From Candidatus Omnitrophota bacterium (GTDB lineage: Bacteria > Omnitrophota > Gorgyraeia > Zapsychrales > JANLHA01): a stretch of 64,000 nt of DNA. The notes beneath the pieces were generated by a model, which saw only the letters and a program-made list of their open reading frames with translations, did no database searches and was not told the origin of the DNA. Of this stretch, positions 1 through 9,763 are shown one piece after another (the stretch's first letter is position 1; each line of letters opens with the position of its first letter). The stretch lies in the NCBI GenBank assembly GCA_029560465.1, contig JAKQKX010000045.1, positions 216,260 through 280,259 of the forward strand, written 5' to 3'. The position numbers and the translations under genes were made by a program.

Positions 1-1426
1 CCGGACCGGTGCCTTGCGCGCCGAGGATCTCCAAGACCTGCCCGGACTTGCGCGGCATCACCGGCTGCAACAAAACCGCGCTGATCCGCAACGCTTCTGT
101 CGCGGTGAAAAGCACGGTGCCGGCCTTTTCTAAATCGGTCTTGGCCAATTTCCACGGGGCGGCGGATTCCAGATATTTATTCACCTGCCGGACCAGCTGC
201 AAAATCTCCTCGATCGCCTCATGGATTCGCAACTGTTCCACGCACGCCGCGACCCTGTCGGCAAGCGCGCCGCCTGCCTGCCGCACGGCGGTCTCTTCGC
301 TAGAAAAAACGCCAGGCGCCGGCACGCGATGACTAAAATATTTCCCCAGCAAGCCGCTCACCCGGTTTAAAAGATTGCCAAAATCATTCGCCAGATCGCT
401 GTTGTAGCGCTTGATAAACGACTCCACGGTAAAATTCGAATCCTGCCCCAACACCATTTCCCGCATCAAATAATACCGCACCGCGTCAACACCATATCCC
501 TCGACCAGCTCCAGCGGATTCACGATGTTCCCCAGGGATTTGCTCATTTTAACCTCGCCGGTCAACCACCACCCGTGCGCCAAGATCGTCCGGGGCAGTT
601 CCAGCCCGAGGGCAAAAAGCATGGTCGTCCAGTAGACCGCGTGCGTCGTGATGATATCTTTGCCGATCAGATGCAGGTCCGCCGGCCACCAGGATTGAAA
701 GCGACCGGGCTCGTGTTCTCCGTACCCCGGGCCGGTGATATAATTCAAAAGCGCGTCAAACCAGACATACGTCACATAATCTTTGTCAAAGGGAAGCTCG
801 ATGCCCCAGCTCAACCGGGTTTTCGGCCGCGAGATGCACAGGTCGCCCAGGGGTTTGCGGAGAAACCCCAGAATCTCGTTTTTCCGGGATTCCGGCCGGA
901 TAAAATCCGGGTGCGCCACAATGTGGTCCACCAACTTCTGCTGGTACTTCCCCATCCGGAAAAACCAGTTACGCTCCTTCAGCGTTCTGATATCCCGAAA
1001 GGCGCCGGAATCTTTTTCTGTCTCGGTGATAAACCTCTCCTCGGAAACGGAATACCATCCTTCGTATTCGTCCATGTAAATGTCCCCGGCGGCATAAACC
1101 TTCTGCAACACGTCCTGGACAACGCGGATATGCCGGGCCTCCGTCGTGCGGATGAAATCATCATAGCGGATCTCCAGTTTGTCCCACAGCTGAATAAACC
1201 GCGGGGCCAAGTCATCGCAATGCTCCTGCGGCGCCAGGCCGCGGGCGTCAGCCGCCTGCTGGACTTTCTGGCCGTGTTCATCCAGCCCCGTCAGAAAAAA
1301 CACGTCCTGGCCTTGCGCCCGGCGAAAACGCGCCAGGACGTCCGCCAAGATGGTCGTATAGGCGTGCCCGATATGCGGCTTATCATTCACATAATAAATG
1401 GGCGTCGTCAGGTAATATTTACTCAT
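1..1426 (-). CDS. metG: methionine--tRNA ligase (3' end beyond window; absent from ORF track)
   Basis: Manual translation from ATG at 1426 gives MSKYYLTTPIYYVNDKPHIGHAYTT (HIGH motif); KMSKSLGN near 530-550. Confidence 0.96.
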   Translation of the reverse strand, partial: MSKYYLTTPIYYVNDKPHIGHAYTTILADVLARFRRAQGQDVFFLTGLDEHGQKVQQAADARGLAPQEHCDDLAPRFIQLWDKLEIRYDDFIRTTEARHIRVVQDVLQKVYAAGDIYMDEYEGWYSVSEERFITETEKDSGAFRDIRTLKERNWFFRMGKYQQKLVDHIVAHPDFIRPESRKNEILGFLRKPLGDLCISRPKTRLSWGIELPFDKDYVTYVWFDALLNYITGPGYGEHEPGRFQSWWPADLHLIGKDIITTHAVYWTTMLFALGLELPRTILAHGWWLTGEVKMSKSLGNIVNPLELVEGYGVDAVRYYLMREMVLGQDSNFTVESFIKRYNSDLANDFGNLLNRVSGLLGKYFSHRVPAPGVFSSEETAVRQAGGALADRVAACVEQLRIHEAIEEILQLVRQVNKYLESAAPWKLAKTDLEKAGTVLFTATEALRISAVLLQPVMPRKSGQVLEILGAQGTGP

Positions 1427-2228
1427 GGTCATTCGAATAGACGAGTTTGGTCACTTTCCCTTCGCCCAGGTCCACAAAGACCGTGCGTTTCAGGATATTG
1501 ATGTCTTTCACTTTCCCTTTGCCTTCAGGGGTAGTCACTTTCTCGCCGATATGCGGAAGGGACCTCACCAAGTCCCGGTAAACGACAAACTCATACGCCA
1601 TGCAGCATTTAATACGGCCGCACACCCCGGAAATCCGTGACGGATTTAAAGGTAACGCCTGTTCCTTGGCCATCTTGATCGACAGCGGATGAAACCAGCG
1701 CATATAGGATGAGCAGCACAGCTGCCGGCCGCACACCCCGTAGCCGACCACCATTTTCGCCCGGTCCCTCACGCCGATTTGTTTCAGTTCAATGCGAACC
1801 CGGAAAATTTTCGCCAGGTCTTTGACCAGGCCGCGGAAATCCACCCGGCCTTCCGCCGTGAAAAAGAAAATAATCTTGCTGCAGTCAAACGTATACTCGG
1901 CGTTGACCAACTGCATGTCAAGATGCTGCTCGTTGATCTTACGCAGGCACGAATTCAGGGCATCCTTGACTTTGATACGGTTATTCTTGATCTGATTAAG
2001 GTCCCCTTCCGTGACTTTCCGGATAGCTTTGCCGGCAATCGTTTCGTTCTTACGGCCTTTCTTATCCTGTTCCGGCACCTGGTCCGTCAAACCGACCACC
2101 TTGCCGAATTCCGTCCCGCGCTCAACTTCAACGATGATCAAATCCCCCCTCTGGCATGCAACATGATTCTGATCAAAGCAAGACACCGGCCGGAAATCCC
2201 CTAACAACACCTCTACGATCTGATCCAT
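1419..2228 (-). CDS. ricT: PSP1-domain protein, YaaT/RicT family
   Basis: GRVDFRGLVKDLA, RIELKQIGVRD, CGRQLCC and CGRIKCC motifs; holB-yaaT-metG synteny. Confidence 0.9.
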   Translation of the reverse strand: MDQIVEVLLGDFRPVSCFDQNHVACQRGDLIIVEVERGTEFGKVVGLTDQVPEQDKKGRKNETIAGKAIRKVTEGDLNQIKNNRIKVKDALNSCLRKINEQHLDMQLVNAEYTFDCSKIIFFFTAEGRVDFRGLVKDLAKIFRVRIELKQIGVRDRAKMVVGYGVCGRQLCCSSYMRWFHPLSIKMAKEQALPLNPSRISGVCGRIKCCMAYEFVVYRDLVRSLPHIGEKVTTPEGKGKVKDINILKRTVFVDLGEGKVTKLVYSNDHE

Positions 2229-3190
2229 ATTTTATCCCTCAATATGTAAAAAGCGATTTTGACATTCAGGTTCTCTTGCAGCATGCGCTTGGTCTGCACA
2301 ATTTCATCAATAATAGCAAATAACTGCCCGGTTGTATACTGTTGTTTGGCCCGGGCCAGGTCCTCGAGCCTGTCCCTGTGAGCCACCCGTTGTGCCCCCA
2401 CCCCCTGCTTCATGAGCACAACATCCCGGAACCAGCTTAAAAGAATATTCAAAGCTTCCTGTGTTTTCTCCTGGTCCGCCAGCAACGTTTTAAGGTACGG
2501 CTCGGCGTCCCGCTGAAACACGACATGATCAATCACCTGATTCTTATGGATCAAAAACCCGGCTTCGTGCAAGGACCGGGCCTTCCCGGCGCATCCTTCG
2601 CTATAAAACGCGTAAAAATGCGCGGACTCTTCATCCCCGCGGACACACTCTTTCAGCTCCCGCAGGAGGATATCCTGCCCCAGAGGAAAAAAATGGACGC
2701 TATGGCACCTGGATTTTATGGTGCTCAAAACGCGTTCCAGCACAGCCGTCGTCAAGATAAACACGCTGTCCTTCACCGGCTCTTCCAGCGTTTTCAAGAC
2801 AGCATTACTCCCTTCCAGGCTCAAGCGCTCAGCTTCTTTAATAATATACACTTTCTTTTTCCCTTCGAACGGCCGCAGCTGACAGCGGGTGATCACCCCG
2901 CGGATCTGGTCAATGGTAATCACCCGGGAATTCTCGGTTTCAATCAAGGTGACATCCGGATGGTTCCCCGAATCAATTTTACGGCAGGACGGACACGCGT
3001 CACAAAACCCGGCCTCTTCCCCGGTCGGATGATCGCAATTCAAAAGCTTGGCCACCGCCAGGGCGGTCTGGGCTTTCCCAGAGCATTGCGGCCCGGCAAA
3101 AAGGTAAGCGTGGGCGAGACGGTCCCGGGCCAAAAGGTGCCTGAACCGGCGGAGCACATCCTGATTTATAAGCGCAGGCTGGACAGTCAT
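2213..3190 (-). CDS. holB: DNA polymerase III delta' subunit
   Basis: HAYLFAGP, CDACPSC zinc motif, LKTLEEP, TIKSRC; follows tmk. Confidence 0.93.
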   Translation of the reverse strand: MTVQPALINQDVLRRFRHLLARDRLAHAYLFAGPQCSGKAQTALAVAKLLNCDHPTGEEAGFCDACPSCRKIDSGNHPDVTLIETENSRVITIDQIRGVITRCQLRPFEGKKKVYIIKEAERLSLEGSNAVLKTLEEPVKDSVFILTTAVLERVLSTIKSRCHSVHFFPLGQDILLRELKECVRGDEESAHFYAFYSEGCAGKARSLHEAGFLIHKNQVIDHVVFQRDAEPYLKTLLADQEKTQEALNILLSWFRDVVLMKQGVGAQRVAHRDRLEDLARAKQQYTTGQLFAIIDEIVQTKRMLQENLNVKIAFYILRDKIWIRS

Positions 3191-3265
3191 AACATTGTTT
3201 AACTTAAGGATCAGGGAATTGCCGGAAGACAGGTTGACCCTTTATTGGACCCAAGAAAGCCGGGA

Positions 3266-3883
3266 TTACCAGCCCAAAAGGGCATCGACGTCTTTCTTGA
3301 CCAAAGCATGAATTTCTTCTTTTGATTTATTGACCTTAATAACTTTGATCCGCCCCGGTTCCTCCTGCGCCAATTTCAAATACCCTTTGCGCACCCGGTT
3401 ATGGTAATTCAACGACCGCAATTCGATGCGGTCTTTATTCTGGCCGGTTCGCTCCAAGCCCTTTTCCGTTTCAATATCAAACAGAAACGTGAGGTCCGGG
3501 ACCGTCCCCTGGGTGACCATCCGGCCGATGTCCTTGATAAAGTTGATATCAACACCGTTTCCATACCCCTGATAAGCGACCGTGGAGTCCAGAAAACGGT
3601 CGCAGAGGACCACCATGCCCTGCTTCAGCGCGGGAAGGACCTTCTCCTCAACGAGCTGGGCGCGGGCGGCCATGTACAAGAGCGTTTCACATTCTTTTGT
3701 CATCTGGCTGTTCCGCACATCCAGCAGGATCCTCCGGACGGCCTCACTGATCTTGACCCCGCCCGGTTCCCGGATATGAAGAGCCGGACGGCTCTTCTCT
3801 TTCAAATATTTATATATCAACGCGGCCTGCGTGCTCTTGCCGGATCCTTCCGACCCTTCAAAGGTAATAAAAACGCCTTTCAT
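3266..3883 (-). CDS. tmk: thymidylate kinase
   Basis: FITFEGSEGSGKST P-loop, REPGG, CDRF; start placed at MKGVF behind a GGAGAG SD. Confidence 0.96.
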   Translation of the reverse strand: MKGVFITFEGSEGSGKSTQAALIYKYLKEKSRPALHIREPGGVKISEAVRRILLDVRNSQMTKECETLLYMAARAQLVEEKVLPALKQGMVVLCDRFLDSTVAYQGYGNGVDINFIKDIGRMVTQGTVPDLTFLFDIETEKGLERTGQNKDRIELRSLNYHNRVRKGYLKLAQEEPGRIKVIKVNKSKEEIHALVKKDVDALLGW

Positions 3884-5331
3884 TCTTCTCTCCACTGCTG
3901 GCCCTGGGGCGTGTCTTCCACGATAATGCCGTGCTGTTCCTTTAACACAACACGCAGATCATCAGACTTTTTAAAATTTTTATTTTTCCGCGCTTCCTGC
4001 CGTTCCTGAAGGAGCTCTTCAACGGTTTTCTGGACAGAGATTCCGTTAACGTTGTACACGAACTTAAGCTCCTTGGAAACAGTCTGGAAACGGACGTTCA
4101 CCCCGAAAATATTTTCACATAACCGCTGAATCATTTCAAACGCCTGGCAAACCAGATAATCCGCGCCAGGCCGGCCCTTATATTTATGCGCGTCCGTCAC
4201 CAGCTCGAACAAAACCCCGAGCGCTTTGGGCGTGTTGAAATCATCGTCCATGGCTTCGATAAACGCGGCCTGCGCAGCGTCAATGATTGACTGGGCGTCC
4301 GGGTGCGGTTCAAGCCGGGCCGCGTCTCCGTTAAGCCGGGCCGCGTCCTGGGCCAACACCGCGAACCGCTGCCGCGCTTTATGGGCCTCCGCAATTTTCT
4401 CTTCGGAAAAATCAATGGGGCTGGAATAATGCGAAGCCAGGAAAAACAGCTTCAGGTCGTCGGGACCAAAACGCTTCACCGCGTCCTCAACCGTGATAAA
4501 ATTCCCAAGCGACTTCGACATTTTCTGGCCGTTGATCGTGATCAGCCCGTGATGGATCCAGTACTTCGCGAACGGCTTCCCGGTCAGGGCTTCGGCCTGG
4601 GCGATCTCGTTTTCATGGTGGGGGAAGATCAAATCCCTGCCCCCGGCGTGAATGTCAAGTGTCTCACAGCGCAGATGTTTCAGGCTCATACAGGAGCATT
4701 CAATATGCCAGCCCGGCCGGCCAGGGCCCCACCAGGGGGGGCTGTCGCCACACGACGGCTCGCCTTCTTTCGAATGCTTCCACAGCGCGAAATCCAGCGG
4801 ATCCCGTTTTTTTTCATCGCTCTCGATCCTCACGCCCTCCAGCATCTTCTCGATGCTTTGCCCGGACAGTTTCCCGTAATCCGGAAATTTACGCACGGAA
4901 AAATACACGTCGCCTTCTGCTTCATAAGCAGCGCCGGAGTCGATCAGCCCCTGAATATGCCGGATCATGTCATTGATATTCTCCGTCGCCCTGGGTTCGA
5001 TATCAGCTTTGCCCACGCCCAAAGAATCCATATCCTGGTAGTACAACCCAATATTTTTCTCCGCGACGTCCTTGCTGTCAACCCCGAGTTCCCGGGCCTT
5101 ATTAATAATTTTGTCATCGATGTCCGTGATATTGCGGACAAACCTGACATCATACCCGCGGTATTTCAGATACCGGCGGATCACGTCAAAAATATACAGG
5201 CTGCGCGCGTGCCCGATATGGCACTTATCATAAACCGTCACCCCGCAGGAATACATCTTCACCACATTCCCCTCGAGAGGGACAAACGGTTCCTTCTTTT
5301 TAGTTAAAGAATTGTAAATATGCAAACTCAT
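3880..5331 (-). CDS. cysS: cysteine--tRNA ligase
   Basis: CGVTVYD, HIGH, GRPGWHIEC, FPHHENE, KMSKS. Confidence 0.97.
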   Translation of the reverse strand: MSLHIYNSLTKKKEPFVPLEGNVVKMYSCGVTVYDKCHIGHARSLYIFDVIRRYLKYRGYDVRFVRNITDIDDKIINKARELGVDSKDVAEKNIGLYYQDMDSLGVGKADIEPRATENINDMIRHIQGLIDSGAAYEAEGDVYFSVRKFPDYGKLSGQSIEKMLEGVRIESDEKKRDPLDFALWKHSKEGEPSCGDSPPWWGPGRPGWHIECSCMSLKHLRCETLDIHAGGRDLIFPHHENEIAQAEALTGKPFAKYWIHHGLITINGQKMSKSLGNFITVEDAVKRFGPDDLKLFFLASHYSSPIDFSEEKIAEAHKARQRFAVLAQDAARLNGDAARLEPHPDAQSIIDAAQAAFIEAMDDDFNTPKALGVLFELVTDAHKYKGRPGADYLVCQAFEMIQRLCENIFGVNVRFQTVSKELKFVYNVNGISVQKTVEELLQERQEARKNKNFKKSDDLRVVLKEQHGIIVEDTPQGQQWREE

Positions 5332-5376
5332 AGGAAGTCCTTTTTCAGATATCACTGGCCTTCGGGTTGTTTGACT

Positions 5377-6078
5377 TTAGTCTTCCGTGTTTTTTTTGGG
5401 CTTCGGGGACGGGCGGTTTTTTTCTAACGCTTCCAGCCTCTTCTCCAGCTCATTGATCTGCTGCATGACCGGATCCAGGGTATGAATATGGTCCAGCGAG
5501 CGGTCAATTTTTTTGCCGTCCTGCTTGGTGATCCGGCCCGGCACCCCAACAATCGTGGTGTTCGGAGGCACATCTTTTATAACCACGGCGTTGGCGCCGA
5601 TGTAGGCGTTCGAGCCGATTTCAATATTCCCCAGCACCTTGGCCCCGGCGCCGACAACAATGTCATCACCCAGAGTCGGGTGGCGTTTTCCCGTTTCCTT
5701 CCCCGTCCCGCCGAGCGTCACGCCCTGGTACAACGTCACGTTGTTCCCCACGATCGCCGTCTCCCCGATCACCACCCCTGTCCCGTGATCGATAAAGAGG
5801 CCTCTGCCTATTTGCGCGCCGGGATGGATCTCGATCCCCGTCAAGCTCCGGGCCACCTGCGACAGCAGCCGGGGCAGAATCGGGACGCGTTTGTTCCATA
5901 ACCAGTGCGACACGCGGTAAAAAATGATCGCGTGCAACCCCGGATAAAGCAACAGGATCTCCAGCGTGCTTTTTGCCGCCGGGTCGCGTTCCTTGCTGGC
6001 TTTGACCTCGTCAGAGAAAAAAGTGGAGACCAGGAGGAAGATTACGCAAAAGAACAACAGGATCACTAAAAATATCAT
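5377..6078 (-). CDS. cysE: serine O-acetyltransferase with N-terminal hydrophobic segment
   Basis: [37 protein letters not shown]; adjacent to cysS. Confidence 0.93.
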   Translation of the reverse strand: MIFLVILLFFCVIFLLVSTFFSDEVKASKERDPAAKSTLEILLLYPGLHAIIFYRVSHWLWNKRVPILPRLLSQVARSLTGIEIHPGAQIGRGLFIDHGTGVVIGETAIVGNNVTLYQGVTLGGTGKETGKRHPTLGDDIVVGAGAKVLGNIEIGSNAYIGANAVVIKDVPPNTTIVGVPGRITKQDGKKIDRSLDHIHTLDPVMQQINELEKRLEALEKNRPSPKPKKNTED

Positions 6079-6112
6079 GACACTCACCTCTAACCTAAAA
6101 ATACCGGTTGTC

Positions 6113-6595
6113 TCAGGGGCGGATTAAAAGCGCGGCGGCATACGCCGCCACCCCTTCTTTACGGCCCACAAACCCCATCCCCTCTTGTGTTGTCGCTTTT
6201 ATATTCACGTCTCCGGGCGCCATATCAAGAACTTCAGCGATCTTGGCGCGCATGGCATCTTTATAAGCTTTCAAATGAGGCTCCTCGGCGATGATCACTG
6301 CATCGATATTATTAACCCGGAACCCATCCTGCCGGACTAGCGCGTAGACGGCCTCCAAGAGCTGAACGCTGGCGATGTCCTTATACCGGCTGTCCGTATT
6401 AGGGAAATGTTCCCCGATATCCCCCGCCCCCAAAGCGCCCAAAAGGGCGTCACAGATCGCGTGCAGCAGGACGTCCGCGTCGGAATGGCCATCGAGGCCT
6501 TTGGAATGCGGGATCTCCACCCCCCCCAGGAACAGCTTTCTGCCCTCTACAAAACGGTGGACATCGTATCCCAATCCTACTTTCTGTTTCATCAT
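6113..6595 (-). CDS. ispF: 2-C-methyl-D-erythritol 2,4-cyclodiphosphate synthase
   Basis: [33 protein letters not shown]. Confidence 0.97.
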   Translation of the reverse strand: MMKQKVGLGYDVHRFVEGRKLFLGGVEIPHSKGLDGHSDADVLLHAICDALLGALGAGDIGEHFPNTDSRYKDIASVQLLEAVYALVRQDGFRVNNIDAVIIAEEPHLKAYKDAMRAKIAEVLDMAPGDVNIKATTQEGMGFVGRKEGVAAYAAALLIRP

Positions 6596-7308
6596 TTCTT
6601 TCCCCTTCCCGCCGTTCCTGAAGCCCTCTGGGCCGGGCCCAGCAACAATTCCGCCAAAATCAGGTCTTCCGGAGACGTGATTTTGATATTCGCGTAGTCC
6701 CCCCGGATCACTTTAACCTTATGCCCGCAGCGCTCCACCAGAAACGCGTCGTCCGTCGCACACAAATCATCGGCCCTGGCGTGAGCCGCCTGGATGAGAT
6801 CCTTGCGAAAAACCTGCGGGGTCTGGGCCTCCCATAACTGGCCGCGGTCCAGGGTCGCTTCCACCGTGTTGTCTTTCGCCCGGACCTTCTTGATGGTCGG
6901 CTTGACCGGCACGCCCAGGATCACAGCCTGCTCATCATAGCAAACCCGCAAAGATTCTTCAACTAACCTTTGAGTGAGCAGGGGGCGGGCGGCGTCGTGA
7001 ATCACGACATATTTCGTGTCCTCATCCAGAGCAGCCAAGCCCTTACGGACGGACTCACAGCGGGTTTTCCCACCGGGAAGAACGTCAGCCACTTTCTGAA
7101 TGCCTGTTTCCCGGATAAGGTCACGGCAGCGCTCCACCCAGTCGGCCCGGGTCAAGATAATAACGCTGTCAATCAGCGCTGAATGGGCGAAGACCTCCAG
7201 CGAATATAACAGCATCGGTTTGTCCTGAATACGGACAAAGGGCTTCAGGGTATCGGTTTTCAAACGCACGCCGTCTCCGGCGGCAGCGAGGATCACCTGA
7301 GTCTTCAT
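6592..7308 (-). CDS. ispD: 2-C-methyl-D-erythritol 4-phosphate cytidylyltransferase
   Basis: AAAGDGVR, IHDAARP, QTPQVF, TDDA, NIKIT. Confidence 0.96.
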   Translation of the reverse strand: MKTQVILAAAGDGVRLKTDTLKPFVRIQDKPMLLYSLEVFAHSALIDSVIILTRADWVERCRDLIRETGIQKVADVLPGGKTRCESVRKGLAALDEDTKYVVIHDAARPLLTQRLVEESLRVCYDEQAVILGVPVKPTIKKVRAKDNTVEATLDRGQLWEAQTPQVFRKDLIQAAHARADDLCATDDAFLVERCGHKVKVIRGDYANIKITSPEDLILAELLLGPAQRASGTAGRGKK

Positions 7309-8312
7309 GCGCTCTTTTGTTTCCCTTCCGCTCTGTTGACAAGCTTTGCAAAAACCATCCGGCCGCTCTGCGTCTGCAAAACAGACGACACCTGGATCAT
7401 GACCGTTTTCCCGATCAGGTTCCTGGCGTCGCCCACGACGACCATCACGCCCTCTTCGGTATACGCCACCGCCTGGTCCGGCTCTTTGCCCTCCCGGACC
7501 AAACGGACCGGCAGCTCATCCCCGACGAAAAACATCGGCTTTAACGCATTCACCAGCTCATGCAGATTCAGGGTTTGAACGCCTTGGATAACCGCAGCGC
7601 GGCTCAAGTTAAAATCGGTCGTGCAGATCCGGGCGTCAATCATCTTGGCTAACCGCACGAGCTTGGCGTCCACGTCTTCCTCGTGCGGGAATTCTTCCTC
7701 ATGAATGCGCAGGTCAAAGGCGGCGTCCTTCTGGATGTTTCTCAAAAATTCCAGGCCCCGGCGGCCCTTTTGCCGCTTCAGGGGGTCGTCGGAATCCGCA
7801 ACCCGCTGAAGTTCCTGCAGGACAAACCGCGGCACCACGATCCGGCCGGCAAAAAAATTAGTTTTATAGATATCTCTGATCCTCCCGTCGATAATCGCGC
7901 TGGTGTCCAAAAGCACAATCCGTTCCTCCATATCCTGCCTTTTAAACCGGACATACGGGATGATCAGGTTGAACTCGTCTTTCCCCCGGAGGGCCATCAC
8001 CGCGCCCAAATACGAAAAAACAAGCGTGAACACGACCCGTGAAACCGACTGGACAAAATCCCCGAGCGGCAGCAAAGAAAGGATGTCGGACACGAGTTTG
8101 GCCATAAACACGCCCAAAAGCAAGCCGAACACCATACTGGACAATCCCCTCACAGAAACCCGGCGGAGGCTGACTTCCAATAAAATCAGAGCCAGCCCTG
8201 TCCCGAAACCGAAGCAGACTCCCAAAAAAGGATACAGGGATACGGCCCCCACATAGAACCCCACCAGCGTACTGATGATCAAAAAAAACGTCCGAATAAA
8301 CAACAGCGTCAT
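7305..8312 (-). CDS. membrane PIN/TRAM-domain protein (YacL family)
   Basis: About four N-terminal TM helices, PIN motif LDTSAIIDGRI, C-terminal TRAM-like SVLQTQSGRMVFAK; lies between radA and ispD. Confidence 0.9.
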   Translation of the reverse strand: MTLLFIRTFFLIISTLVGFYVGAVSLYPFLGVCFGFGTGLALILLEVSLRRVSVRGLSSMVFGLLLGVFMAKLVSDILSLLPLGDFVQSVSRVVFTLVFSYLGAVMALRGKDEFNLIIPYVRFKRQDMEERIVLLDTSAIIDGRIRDIYKTNFFAGRIVVPRFVLQELQRVADSDDPLKRQKGRRGLEFLRNIQKDAAFDLRIHEEEFPHEEDVDAKLVRLAKMIDARICTTDFNLSRAAVIQGVQTLNLHELVNALKPMFFVGDELPVRLVREGKEPDQAVAYTEEGVMVVVGDARNLIGKTVMIQVSSVLQTQSGRMVFAKLVNRAEGKQKSA

Positions 8313-8343
8313 AAGACCCTCCTCCGGGCAAGCGTGAAGTCCG

Positions 8344-9711
8344 TTACGAGATTAGTATGTCCAACGCTTCCCGGACATGAGCGACCGGGACCGTTTTGAT
8401 ACGCGCGCCCGTCACTGGCGGTCCAACGGGTGTATTAGGCCCGGGAAGCACACAATTTTTGAAGCCAAGTTTTTCCGCCTCTTTCAGCCGCAAAGCCACC
8501 TGGGACACACTGCGGACTTCCGCCGATAATCCAACTTCCCCCATCACCACCGTGTCCGAAGGGACGCGTTTATCGGTCAAGGCTGAAGCGACCGCCAGGG
8601 TAACCCCCAGATCCGCGGCCGGATCCATAATTTTAAACCCGCCAACAATATTAAGGAAAATATCCTTATCCTGCAAATTCAATCCCAGCCTTTTATCCAA
8701 GACCGCTGTCAACAAAGCCAGGCGGTTTGTGTCAAACCCCTGGGTTTTATGGCGGGCCATGCCGAAATTCGAGCGGCTGACCAATCCCTGGACTTCCACC
8801 AAAAAAGGGCGCGTCCCTTCCAAAACCGGGACAACCACAGATCCCGAGGCGTGGGACGGGCGCTCCGCCAAAAAGATTTCAGAAGGGTTGAGGACTTCTT
8901 TAAGGCCTTCCACCGTCATTTCGAACACGCCGAGCTCATTGGTCGATCCGAAGCGGTTCTTGACCGTCCGTAAAACCCGATACGTCGTGTAACGCTCCCC
9001 CTCGAAATAGAGGACGGTGTCCACAATGTGCTCCAAAACCCGCGGGCCGGCGATCATGCCTTCCTTGGTGACATGCCCGATAATAAACAAAGCGATGCCC
9101 AGGGCCTTGGCCATGTGCGTTAAAATCGAGGCGCATTCCCGGACCTGCGCCACGGTCCCGGGGCTGGATCCGAGTTCCGGGGTATAAACGACCTGGATCG
9201 AATCTATCACGATCACCTGGGGTTTCAGTTGCTTGATATGTTCCTTGATATGATCCAGGTCGACCTGATTAACGATATACACCGAATCGGGAAGCGGCCG
9301 CTTCAGGCGGTCAGCCCGCATCTTGGTCTGTTTAACGGATTCCTCACCGGAAACATACAACACGTTAAAACCGTTGTGCCCCAGATGACACACGACTTGC
9401 AGCGTTAACGTGGATTTGCCGATCCCCGGATCTCCTCCGATTAATGTGACAGATCCGGGCACAACCCCTCCTCCCAAGACCCTGTCGAACTCCGGGATCC
9501 CGGTCAGCCATCGAGGGTCCTCCCCGGCCTTCACTTCTTTAAGAAGCACCGGCGCCTCGGTCAAAGCCCCCCGGCTGCGGCCTTCTGCCGCGGGGGGCGC
9601 GGCCGTTTCTTCAACATACGAATTCCAACTCTGGCAGGCCGGACATTTCCCGACCCACCGAGGAGACTGGGCTCCACAATCCTGGCAGACAAAGAAAGTT
9701 TTGGCCTTCAT
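8344..9711 (-). CDS. radA: DNA repair protein RadA/Sms
   Basis: C4 zinc finger, GGDPGIGKST, KNRFG motif. Confidence 0.97.
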   Translation of the reverse strand: MKAKTFFVCQDCGAQSPRWVGKCPACQSWNSYVEETAAPPAAEGRSRGALTEAPVLLKEVKAGEDPRWLTGIPEFDRVLGGGVVPGSVTLIGGDPGIGKSTLTLQVVCHLGHNGFNVLYVSGEESVKQTKMRADRLKRPLPDSVYIVNQVDLDHIKEHIKQLKPQVIVIDSIQVVYTPELGSSPGTVAQVRECASILTHMAKALGIALFIIGHVTKEGMIAGPRVLEHIVDTVLYFEGERYTTYRVLRTVKNRFGSTNELGVFEMTVEGLKEVLNPSEIFLAERPSHASGSVVVPVLEGTRPFLVEVQGLVSRSNFGMARHKTQGFDTNRLALLTAVLDKRLGLNLQDKDIFLNIVGGFKIMDPAADLGVTLAVASALTDKRVPSDTVVMGEVGLSAEVRSVSQVALRLKEAEKLGFKNCVLPGPNTPVGPPVTGARIKTVPVAHVREALDILIS

Positions 9712-9763
9712 GAACGCGCCGCTCCTCCCGATGATGGCCCCGTCACCCGTCGCCACGCACCGG

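Noticed and set aside
575-1501. 308-aa plus-strand ORF and the many other long plus-strand ORFs (e.g. 4303-5307, 44213-45196, 50138-51166)
   Set aside because: They are antisense shadows of well-recognised minus-strand genes and carry no recognisable motifs
5332-6112. T-box regulation of cysE-cysS as in Firmicutes
   Set aside because: Intergenic gaps are under 50 bp and no T-box consensus is visible
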